A DNA stretch of 64,000 bases from Chitinophagales bacterium. Lineage in GTDB: Bacteria; Bacteroidota; Bacteroidia; Chitinophagales; UBA8649. The notes below the pieces were generated by a model. The model was not told the origin of the DNA and made no database searches. It was given only the letters and a program-made list of their open reading frames with translations. The stretch is taken from the NCBI GenBank assembly GCA_020635995.1, contig JACJYS010000001.1:512712-576711 (forward strand), read 5' to 3'. This document shows, piece after piece, positions 37,042 to 45,305 of this stretch (the first letter of the stretch is position 1; every line of letters begins with the position of its first letter). The translations under genes and the position numbers were made by a program.

Positions 37042-39360
37042 ATGAAAAAAATTGTAGCAATACTTATTGGTGCTTTGTTTATAAGTTCTTTTACTTTTGC
37101 CCAAATAGATAAAGAAAAAGCATTAAAGCCACGAGTTGAACAAAAGTTGGCGGATTTACTATATGCTCAAAGCCATTATTATTCGGCATCGGAGTATTAC
37201 AAAGAAGTTATTAGGTCAAAACCAGAGTGGCGTTATCCAAGATATTGGTTAGCTATGTCAACATTAAAAGCTAATGACTATGAAAACGCAGTTAAATACT
37301 TTAAAAGTTTTGACCAGCAAAGATTACCCGATAAAAAGAAAAAAATTAAACGAATAGAAAAGGAAAATAAGGAAATTTATGGATTATCTGACTATTACTA
37401 TGGTGTGGCTTTAAAACACGTAGGGCAGTATGACGATGCCATAAAAAGATTTCAAAAGTTTAAATCTGCTTACGATTTAAAAGATAAAGATGAGTGGTCT
37501 AAAAAAGCATTAAATGAAATAAAAGGAGCAGAATGGGCTATTGCTAATCCAGGTACTAAAAAAGTAAAAGTTAAATCTTTGGGCGATTTAATAAATACAG
37601 GCTATGAAGATGCAGGACCAATGCCCATTAATGATTCTACAATGTACTATACTTCATTGCAAGAAAATGATTTAATATTTGTAAATAATAGAAAAGATAT
37701 TCCTCCTTATAGATTATATCAATCTACTAAAGTAGATGGACAATGGCAAAAAGGAAAAGAACTGCCTACTGTTTTGCAGGATAAAAAATTTGGGACAACT
37801 AATGCCGCTTTATCAGAAGATGGCAATAGACTTTATTTCTGCAAATGTTATAATAATGAGATTGATGAAATAATATGTAACATGTTTTTATCGGAAAAAA
37901 CAAAAGGTGGCAAATGGGGCGAAGCTGTTAAATTGAACGAATCTATAAATAATCCAAAATATACAAGTACACAGCCTACAGTAAGATCTTCTGGCGATGA
38001 TATGGAGATAGTTTACTTTGTGAGCGATAGAGAAGGTGGTGTAGGCGGAATGGATATTTGGTATTTTATAAGAACCGCCAAAGGAGATTTTAAAGGTCCC
38101 AAATTGCTTAAAGGTGGAATTAACACAGTAGGTGATGAACTTACACCTTTTTATGACAACTCTAATGAGAAATTTTATTTTAGTAGTAATGGACATCCTT
38201 CTATAGGCGGGTTTGATATTTTTGCCAGTACAGAAAACGAAGAATTAGGCTGGACAGAGCCCGAAAATGTTGGTATTCCAATTAACTCTACTGCCGATGA
38301 TTTATATTATAGAAGAGAAAGTGGAAAAACCAGCGGATATTTAGTGTCAAACAGAGATGGAACTACTAAAATAGACAATAAATATAGAGGAGATGATATT
38401 TACTCTTTTGAAGATTTTAAATACGGCTTAGAAGGTTTTGTATTTAAAGATGAAGGAAAAGGAGAAGAAACCGTAGAAAATGCCATTGTGAGATTATACA
38501 AACTTGATGAAAATGGAGAAGATGTACTGGTAGAAGAATTAACGGATGTTAATGAACAATACTTTTTTAAATTAAAACCAGACCAAGATTATAAAGTAGA
38601 AGTGGTAAAACCTGGGTATTCAAGTAACTATGAATATATTACTACCAAAAATATTCCTTATGAGGATACATTGAACCAAAATTTATTAGTTAACAAAACA
38701 AACGTTATAGCTTTTGGTAGTTTGTATGCAGATAATGATACACTAAAAAAGAATAAACTTGATGATGCTATATTGGTATTAAATGCTATAAATCCAGATG
38801 GTTCAAAAACTACTTTAACTACTAAAAAAATGCCGGCAGGTACATTTGATTATAAATTTGACTTAGAAATAGGTAAAAAGTATGAAATAGATGTAACAAA
38901 AGACGGCTATTTTAAAGGAGTAATACCTATAAATACAGCAGGAGTAAACTCTGATAAAATGCAAGCCGATGGCGTTTTATCAAAAATAGAAGTAGGGAAA
39001 TCTTATGAGTTAGAAAATATTTTGTACGATTTTGGTAAAGCAACGTTACGTTCAGAATCTAAAGTTGTTTTAGATGATTTAGTAACTATTTTAAGAGATA
39101 ATCCTTCAATTATTATAGAGTTAGCTTCGCATACTGATGCCATAGGCTCTGATGAAGCAAATTTAAAATTATCGCAGGCAAGAGCTCAAAGCTGCGTAGA
39201 TTATTTAATAGAAAAGGGAATATCTAAATCAAGACTTTCTGCTAAAGGATATGGCGAAGCCAAACCAATAGCTCCAAATGAAAAACCTGACGGTAGCGAT
39301 AACCCGGAAGGAAGACAGAAAAACAGAAGAACAGAGTTTAGTGTTATAGATAGTTTTTAG
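37042..39360 (+). CDS. porE: PorE-like T9SS component (TPR + TolB-like beta-propeller + carboxypeptidase-regulatory-like domain + OmpA_C peptidoglycan-binding domain)
   Basis: 772 aa. TPR-like N-terminus, PD40-type repeats (GGMDIWYF, GGFDIFAS), a CRD-like segment, and an OmpA_C end (ASHTDAIGSDEANLKLSQARA ... NRRTEF). Confidence 0.8.
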   Translation: MKKIVAILIGALFISSFTFAQIDKEKALKPRVEQKLADLLYAQSHYYSASEYYKEVIRSKPEWRYPRYWLAMSTLKANDYENAVKYFKSFDQQRLPDKKKKIKRIEKENKEIYGLSDYYYGVALKHVGQYDDAIKRFQKFKSAYDLKDKDEWSKKALNEIKGAEWAIANPGTKKVKVKSLGDLINTGYEDAGPMPINDSTMYYTSLQENDLIFVNNRKDIPPYRLYQSTKVDGQWQKGKELPTVLQDKKFGTTNAALSEDGNRLYFCKCYNNEIDEIICNMFLSEKTKGGKWGEAVKLNESINNPKYTSTQPTVRSSGDDMEIVYFVSDREGGVGGMDIWYFIRTAKGDFKGPKLLKGGINTVGDELTPFYDNSNEKFYFSSNGHPSIGGFDIFASTENEELGWTEPENVGIPINSTADDLYYRRESGKTSGYLVSNRDGTTKIDNKYRGDDIYSFEDFKYGLEGFVFKDEGKGEETVENAIVRLYKLDENGEDVLVEELTDVNEQYFFKLKPDQDYKVEVVKPGYSSNYEYITTKNIPYEDTLNQNLLVNKTNVIAFGSLYADNDTLKKNKLDDAILVLNAINPDGSKTTLTTKKMPAGTFDYKFDLEIGKKYEIDVTKDGYFKGVIPINTAGVNSDKMQADGVLSKIEVGKSYELENILYDFGKATLRSESKVVLDDLVTILRDNPSIIIELASHTDAIGSDEANLKLSQARAQSCVDYLIEKGISKSRLSAKGYGEAKPIAPNEKPDGSDNPEGRQKNRRTEFSVIDSF

Positions 39361-39611
39361 GTTTCATTTAGTTTTATTCATAACCTTTCTTTCCTAAAGT
39401 GCAATATTTTGGGGAATATGTGTTGTCCATATTCTTCTATAAATAAGGCAATGAATGTGCAAAAGTTGGTGTTTAATCAGCTATAATTCAAATATTTTTT
39501 TTCTATAAAAAATATGTATAATTGGTTTATATATACTATGTGCAAATTAATATGCGTTAATTTATAAAAGCATCAATATTTTCTTATTCTTTAAAAAATA
39601 AATTAAAGCTT

Positions 39612-40301
39612 ATGAATACGCTAAAAAAAAGTATAGTATTACTCTTGTTTTCGGTTTTGTGCTTTAGTCAACTTTTAGCACAAGATTCTCTTGCCACCAA
39701 GAAAAAGCAAAGAGATATACCCCTGCGTTCTCAAGGTGGATATTTTTCATTAGGTGTTAGAAGTACCATTAGTAGTTTTTCTCATGGGAATATGAAAGGT
39801 GTGGGCATAGGTGCAGGAGGGCATTTTAGACTACAACTTATAGATAGACTAAATACCGAATGGTTTGCCGATGTTTTTTCTAATAATATTGACAATAAAG
39901 CACATCGTTTTGATTATCACATAGGGTGGAGTGTTATGTTTTATTTATTGAATCCCAACGAGTTTAATAGAAAATTTACGCCTTATATTATGGCAGGTCA
40001 TTGTTTTGATTTGTCGGTAGTGAAAATAAATGGCGAAAATGGACAAAAGGCTTCTCGATTTAGTTCGGCAGTGCAAGCAGGAGTGGGATGTAGTTATAAT
40101 ATTAATCCAAAATTTGACATTACACTTTCTACCCAATATATGCTTCATTTAGGTGAAGAACTGGATGTACACGAACATTCAGACGGAAGTATGTTTATTG
40201 AATCGCACAAGCATGCGGGCTGGGAAGGTCATCTGCTAGTAAGTTTAAGTGTTAATTATAAAATAGTAAAGCTATGGAAACGAGAGAGAAAACAAATGTA
40301 A
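39612..40301 (+). CDS. hypothetical small outer-membrane beta-barrel protein
   Basis: 229 aa. Signal peptide ...QLLAQ and an alternating hydrophobic beta-strand pattern. Confidence 0.6.
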   Translation: MNTLKKSIVLLLFSVLCFSQLLAQDSLATKKKQRDIPLRSQGGYFSLGVRSTISSFSHGNMKGVGIGAGGHFRLQLIDRLNTEWFADVFSNNIDNKAHRFDYHIGWSVMFYLLNPNEFNRKFTPYIMAGHCFDLSVVKINGENGQKASRFSSAVQAGVGCSYNINPKFDITLSTQYMLHLGEELDVHEHSDGSMFIESHKHAGWEGHLLVSLSVNYKIVKLWKRERKQM

Positions 40302-40927
40302 TTATAGCATTGTGCACTGTGTTTTTGCTACAATTTTTTGTGCCTCATATTAATGCTCAAAAAATATGGGAAGTACGAAAAGGAACAATAAGGGCACAAG
40401 GAAATTTAGCTCCGGGGTATTTATTTTCTCAAAAACATTTTGCAGCTTATGTTACCGGAGATATGGATTTATTTTTAGACGACCGAGCTGCTTTTACAGG
40501 GTCAGTTTGGGTGTCTTTTAATACTGCCCCCGAAAATAAAGAGGGCTTACGGGCTAATCATTCCCTTTTTGGAGGTATGAATTACCACTTTTTAAAGCCT
40601 CAAAGATTTGACCCTTATGTGGGATTAACTCCGGGTGTGGCTTTGGTTAGGTCAGCGTATTATGACGATAGTTATACTTTAACAAAAAGTAATTTTTCTA
40701 TTGCTCCACTTATTTCTTTATATACAGGTTTTAATTACTATGTGGGTAGTTTTTTTCATTTTTTTGTTAAAGCACAAGGTGTTGTAGGTCAAACATTTGG
40801 AAATGCACCAAGTCCAAGCAGGCTTGACGAATTAAAAGTTACATTAGGTTTAGGTTGGAATTTTAGAGCTTGGAAACCGAAGAAAACCGATGTATGGAAA
40901 CAGAAAAAACAAAGTGTCAAAATATAA
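40274..40927 (+). CDS. hypothetical small outer-membrane beta-barrel protein
   Basis: 217 aa. Signal peptide ...PHINAQ and a beta-strand pattern. Overlaps the upstream gene by 28 nt in another frame. Only one Met is available as a start. Confidence 0.55.
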   Translation: METREKTNVIIALCTVFLLQFFVPHINAQKIWEVRKGTIRAQGNLAPGYLFSQKHFAAYVTGDMDLFLDDRAAFTGSVWVSFNTAPENKEGLRANHSLFGGMNYHFLKPQRFDPYVGLTPGVALVRSAYYDDSYTLTKSNFSIAPLISLYTGFNYYVGSFFHFFVKAQGVVGQTFGNAPSPSRLDELKVTLGLGWNFRAWKPKKTDVWKQKKQSVKI

Positions 40928-40930
40928 AAT

Positions 40931-42481
40931 TTAGTGGAGTTTTTTCTCCTTAATATTGTCTAAATTATAGAATCCACCTTTGTTTACTTTTCTTTTAATT
41001 GATTGATTTATAATTAGAAAAGCAACGTTTATCATATTTCTTAATTCGCAAAGTGGAAGTGTTGTTTTATGTTTCTTATATAGTTGCTCAACTTCTTCAG
41101 ATAGTTGATTTACATCTTTAGCGGCAGTTTGTAAATCTTTATTGTTTCTAATAATACCTACTTTATTTCTCATTAAAGATTGAAGTTTTTCTTTGTAATT
41201 ATCTACAATGTCATTTGATAGTAATTCAGTATTGTTGTTCGTTAAATTTATAATTTCAATGGCAGAATTACTTTCTTTTTTATTGCTAAGACTTAAAAAA
41301 ATATTATGAGCAAAAACAATAGCTTCTAACAATGAATTGGAAGCTAATCTGTTAGCCCCGTGCAATCCTGTTCTGCTACACTCACCACAGGCGTATAAAT
41401 TTTTAATAGAGCTTTCGCCAAATTTATTTACATCTATTCCTCCGCATATATAATGAGCAACAGGAACCACAGGAATCCAATCTTTTTCAATATCAATATT
41501 TTCGCTTAAGCATTTTGAGTAAATGTTAGGGAAATGAGATTTGAATTGACTAATATTAAGATGAGTGCAATCTATATAAACACAGGAATCTCCAGAATTT
41601 TTAAGTTCGTTGTATATACTTTGCGAAACAATATCTCTTGAAGCTAATTCTGCTCTTTTATCATAGTTAAGCATAAATCTTTCGCCATTTTTATTTCTTA
41701 AATAAGCTCCAAATCCTCTTACTGCCTCTGAAATTAGGAAAGCCGTTTTATTATTTTTATCGTAAAATGCCGTAGGGTGAAATTGTACAAATTCCATATC
41801 AGAAATTTTGGCATTAATACGAAAAGCCATGGCTATACCATCTCCTGTTGCTATTATTGGGTTAGTGGTATGTCCATACACTTGCCCTATTCCACCCGTA
41901 GCTAATACGGTATTGTCTGCTTTAACAGTAATAATATTTCCCGTTTTTTGGTCTAAAATATATGCACCAAAGCAAGAAGATTTTTTAGCATTTTTACTAC
42001 TTATTAAATCTACGGCAAAATGATGTGTCAGTATAGAAATATTAGGAGATAGATGTACTTGTTTTAGTAATGTTCTTTCAATTTCATAACCGGTTATATC
42101 CTTGTGGTGTAAAATTCTGTTTTCCGAATGACCGCCTTCTTTTCCTAAGTTGAAATCGCCATTATAATTTTTATCAAAATGAGTACCCCAAGTTAGCAAT
42201 TCATCTAATCTTTTATTACCATCTTTAACTACCATTTCTACAATATCTCTATCGCATAAATCATCTCCGGCAATTAAGGTATCTTCTATATGTTTTTTGT
42301 AAGAATCTTTAGTTTTATCGGTTACTACAGCAATGCCACCTTGAGCATATTTAGTGTTAGATTCATCTTCATTGGCTTTGGTAACTACCGTTATTGTTCG
42401 TTCAGGAAATTTTTCTGCCAGTTTTAAAGAAAGCGTTAGCCCTGCAATACCAGAGCCTATTATTAAATAATTTGTTTCCAT
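40931..42481 (-). CDS. nadB: L-aspartate oxidase
   Basis: 516 aa. FAD motif IIGSGIAGL and conserved HYICGGI and ACGECSRTGLHGANRLASNSLLE. Confidence 0.92.
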   Translation of the reverse strand: METNYLIIGSGIAGLTLSLKLAEKFPERTITVVTKANEDESNTKYAQGGIAVVTDKTKDSYKKHIEDTLIAGDDLCDRDIVEMVVKDGNKRLDELLTWGTHFDKNYNGDFNLGKEGGHSENRILHHKDITGYEIERTLLKQVHLSPNISILTHHFAVDLISSKNAKKSSCFGAYILDQKTGNIITVKADNTVLATGGIGQVYGHTTNPIIATGDGIAMAFRINAKISDMEFVQFHPTAFYDKNNKTAFLISEAVRGFGAYLRNKNGERFMLNYDKRAELASRDIVSQSIYNELKNSGDSCVYIDCTHLNISQFKSHFPNIYSKCLSENIDIEKDWIPVVPVAHYICGGIDVNKFGESSIKNLYACGECSRTGLHGANRLASNSLLEAIVFAHNIFLSLSNKKESNSAIEIINLTNNNTELLSNDIVDNYKEKLQSLMRNKVGIIRNNKDLQTAAKDVNQLSEEVEQLYKKHKTTLPLCELRNMINVAFLIINQSIKRKVNKGGFYNLDNIKEKKLH

Positions 42482-42484
42482 TTT

Positions 42485-43408
42485 TTATGAAAATTCTAAC
42501 ATTCTTTGAATAGGTACTAATGCTTTTTTTATTACTTTTTTAGGTACGGTAATTTGTGGTGTTTCATATTTTAAGCAATCATAAAGCTTTTGCATTGTAT
42601 TCATTTTCATGTATTTACACTCACTGCAAGCACAAGTATTATTTTCAAATGAAGGAGCTGGTATTAGTTTAGAATTAGGAACTTCTTTTTGCATTTTATG
42701 CAAAATACCTGCTTCAGTGGCTACTATATAATTTTCATTAGGGTGCGATTTTACATAGTTTATCATACCGGCAGTAGAACCAACATAGGTTGCTAATTGA
42801 AGCACAGGCTCTTCCGATTCCGGGTGAGCAATAATAATATGTTCGGGATTTTCTTCTTTAAGTTTATGTAGTTTTTCTAACGAAAAAGCTTCATGAACCA
42901 TACAACTTCCGTCCCAAATAAGCATTTTTCTTCCTGTTAGTTTTTCTATATATTTTCCAAGATTTTTATCGGGAGCAAATATAATTGGTTTGTCTTCCGG
43001 AATAGATTGTACTATTTTTAAAGCATTGGAAGATGTGCAAATAATATCGCTAAGTGCTTTAACTTCTGCTGAGCAATTAACATAAGTGATGACAAGGTGG
43101 TCAGGGTGTTCTTTAGTAAATTTCTCAAATTTATCTGGCGGACAAGAATCGGCAAGAGAGCAACCTGCGTTTAAATCGGGCAATAATACTTTTTTATTGG
43201 GATTTAAAATTTTAGCTGTTTCAGCCATAAAATGTACTCCTGCAAACACAATGGTTTCAGCATCCGTTTCCGCTGCTTTTTGCGAAAGTCCTAAACTGTC
43301 GTCTACATAATCGGCAATATCTTGTATTTCAGGTACTTGATAATAATGTGCTAATATGATAGCATTTTTTTCTTTTTTTAAAAGCTTGATTTCTTTTTTG
43401 ATGTCCAT
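42485..43408 (-). CDS. nadA: quinolinate synthase
   Basis: 307 aa. ILAHYYQ, GVHFMAETAKIL and Cys ligands in the expected spacing. Confidence 0.92.
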   Translation of the reverse strand: MDIKKEIKLLKKEKNAIILAHYYQVPEIQDIADYVDDSLGLSQKAAETDAETIVFAGVHFMAETAKILNPNKKVLLPDLNAGCSLADSCPPDKFEKFTKEHPDHLVITYVNCSAEVKALSDIICTSSNALKIVQSIPEDKPIIFAPDKNLGKYIEKLTGRKMLIWDGSCMVHEAFSLEKLHKLKEENPEHIIIAHPESEEPVLQLATYVGSTAGMINYVKSHPNENYIVATEAGILHKMQKEVPNSKLIPAPSFENNTCACSECKYMKMNTMQKLYDCLKYETPQITVPKKVIKKALVPIQRMLEFS

Positions 43409-43516
43409 TTTTAGAATAATTTATTTATAGATGTATATAAATAGAACAAATAACGGACACAAATATCTTAAATAAAACTGATAAACCTGTTTTTAGGTAT
43501 AAAAAAAGAGGACTTT

Positions 43517-44037
43517 AATACTAATTGTTTTTGTAAAAGGAATTTGGGATTCCGTATAAATTTTTCCGTTTCACTACAAAATTTTAGGATGACGCCCCCG
43601 ATATGATGATTTTTTTGAACTTTTAGTTCAAAAAAATCATCTCTCCGTTCTTCAAACAGTTTAATTTTTTACGGAGTTTTCGCTTAATGAGTGCCCCACT
43701 TGCAAACTTAAGGTGCACTTTTAACTGACCTTAATCAAAAATACGTTAAGAAATGATGTAAAACAGACATCAAAAATGAATGGAATTATAAAACAGTAAA
43801 CAGACAAATTAGTATGCTCCTAAAAATAAAAATACTTTAGGAAGACTGAAATTGAGCATACATTAATTTGTCCTCGTTTGTTTTATAGCATTTTAGTGTT
43901 TTTGATTACAGTCTTGACCTTTGGTTACCTTTGTGTCAAGACAAAGGTAAAAGGAATACAAAGTGTAACTAAAATTACTTAAACGTCCTAAAATACTATC
44001 TTTAAGTATAAAGAATTGGTGTAAAACAATTTTTAAT
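43517..44037 (+). repeat. copy B (full length) of the dispersed structured non-coding element
   Basis: Shares 43517-43767 with the reverse complement of 57303-57560, and 43636-44037 with 531-960. Contains six or more strong stems and no conserved long ORF. Confidence 0.85.
43546..43594 (+). repeat. decayed REP-like unit GGG-ATTCCGTA...TAGGAT-GACG inside repeat copy B
   Basis: Counterpart of the perfect unit at 57477-57527. Confidence 0.6.
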
Positions 44038-44043
44038 ATTGAA

Positions 44044-45282
44044 CTACATTTCTATTTCTATCATATTCCTTGTTATGTCCTCCATATCTTCGCGTTTGCG
44101 TATTAAATGGTCTTGCCCATTATAAATAAGCACTTCTGCGGGTCTAAAACGCGAGTTGTAATTGCTTGCCATACTCATACCGTAAGCACCGGCATTATGA
44201 AAAGCTATAATATCGCCTTCATTAACTTCTGCTATTTTTCGGTCGGGAGCCATTGTGTCGCTTTCGCAAATATAGCCCACTACAGAATATATACGCTCTA
44301 TACCTTGTGGGTAGGTTACATTGCTAATTTCATGGTGGGCATTGTATAATTTAGGGCGAAGCAAATGATTCATTCCTGTATCTAAACCTACAAATACCGT
44401 AGCGGTGGTTTGTTTTACTACATTTACTTTAGCTATAAAAATACCGGATTCACTAACTAAATATTTTCCGGGTTCAAAAAATAAATCTAATTCTTTGCCG
44501 TAGTTTTTACAAAATTCATTAAATCTTTTGTTTATTTTTTTACCTAATTCATTTACATCTGTAGTAATATCATCATGCCAATAAGAAACTTTAAAACCAC
44601 TTCCTAAATCTATAAAATCTAAATCGGGAAAATCTTGGGCAATATCAAATAAAATTTCTGCTCCACGTATAAACACATCAACATCTAAAATATCGCTACC
44701 CGTGTGCATGTGCAGTCCTCTTACTTTTAGTTTTGTGTGTTCTACTATTCTCATTACATGACGAAGCTGATGTATAGAAATACCAAATTTAGAGTCAATA
44801 TGTCCTGTACTAATTTCGTAATGCCCACCTGCCATTATATGAGGGTTTATTCTTATGCACACAGGAATAGTATTGCCATATTCATGCCCAAACTGTTCAA
44901 GCAAAGGAATATTATCTATGTTAATGATAACACCTTTTTCTACAGCCATTTTAACTTCGGCTAAAGAAACACAGTTGGGCGTGTATATAATTTCTTCCGG
45001 TTTAAAACCGGCTTTTAATCCTAAAAGCACTTCTTGGTAAGAAACGGTATCTAATCCTGCTCCTGCTTTTTTTAAAAGTTTAAGTACATTAATATTACTT
45101 AGAGCTTTTGCGGCATATTTTATCTTAGTGTTTTTATTAAAAGCTTTTTTTAGCTTATTGTATTGATTAACAATAACATTGGCATCATAAATATAAAGTG
45201 GTGTGCCGTATTTTTCGGCTAAATCGGTAATTTTTATTCCACCAAAATAACTTTCGTTGTTTTTAACTTCTATCTGTGTCAT
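44044..45282 (-). CDS. lysA: diaminopimelate decarboxylase
   Basis: 412 aa. Has TPLYIYD, the YAAKA PLP-Lys region, HMHTGS and GAYGMSMASNYN. Confidence 0.92.
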   Translation of the reverse strand: MTQIEVKNNESYFGGIKITDLAEKYGTPLYIYDANVIVNQYNKLKKAFNKNTKIKYAAKALSNINVLKLLKKAGAGLDTVSYQEVLLGLKAGFKPEEIIYTPNCVSLAEVKMAVEKGVIINIDNIPLLEQFGHEYGNTIPVCIRINPHIMAGGHYEISTGHIDSKFGISIHQLRHVMRIVEHTKLKVRGLHMHTGSDILDVDVFIRGAEILFDIAQDFPDLDFIDLGSGFKVSYWHDDITTDVNELGKKINKRFNEFCKNYGKELDLFFEPGKYLVSESGIFIAKVNVVKQTTATVFVGLDTGMNHLLRPKLYNAHHEISNVTYPQGIERIYSVVGYICESDTMAPDRKIAEVNEGDIIAFHNAGAYGMSMASNYNSRFRPAEVLIYNGQDHLIRKREDMEDITRNMIEIEM

Positions 45283-45305
45283 AAGCGTGCAAAGGTAATA
45301 TCAAA

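Noticed and set aside
43409-43516. NAD+ (nadA-motif) riboswitch upstream of nadA, and a lysine riboswitch upstream of lysA (45283-45305)
   Set aside because: The nadA leader is AT-rich with no recognisable paired domains. The lysA upstream gap is only 23 nt.
43687-43728. 13-codon mini-ORF conserved in all three repeat copies (MSAPLANLRCTFN / MGTPLTNLRCTFN / MGAPLANLRCTFN), and a 7-codon one (MNGIIKQ / MNEIIKQ) at 43776-43799
   Set aside because: The frames stay open in all copies, but three of the four substitutions in the longer one are non-synonymous. The sequence also forms stems, and such short ORFs are expected by chance. Noted only as a possibility.
43517-44037. Interpretation of the 0.5-kb element as a classical IS or MITE with terminal inverted repeats
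   Set aside because: There is only a 9-nt match, AATTGTTTT (43523-31) with AAAACAATT (44023-31). It is not clearly preserved in copies A and C. There is no evident target-site duplication and no transposase ORF. The idea is kept only as an open alternative.
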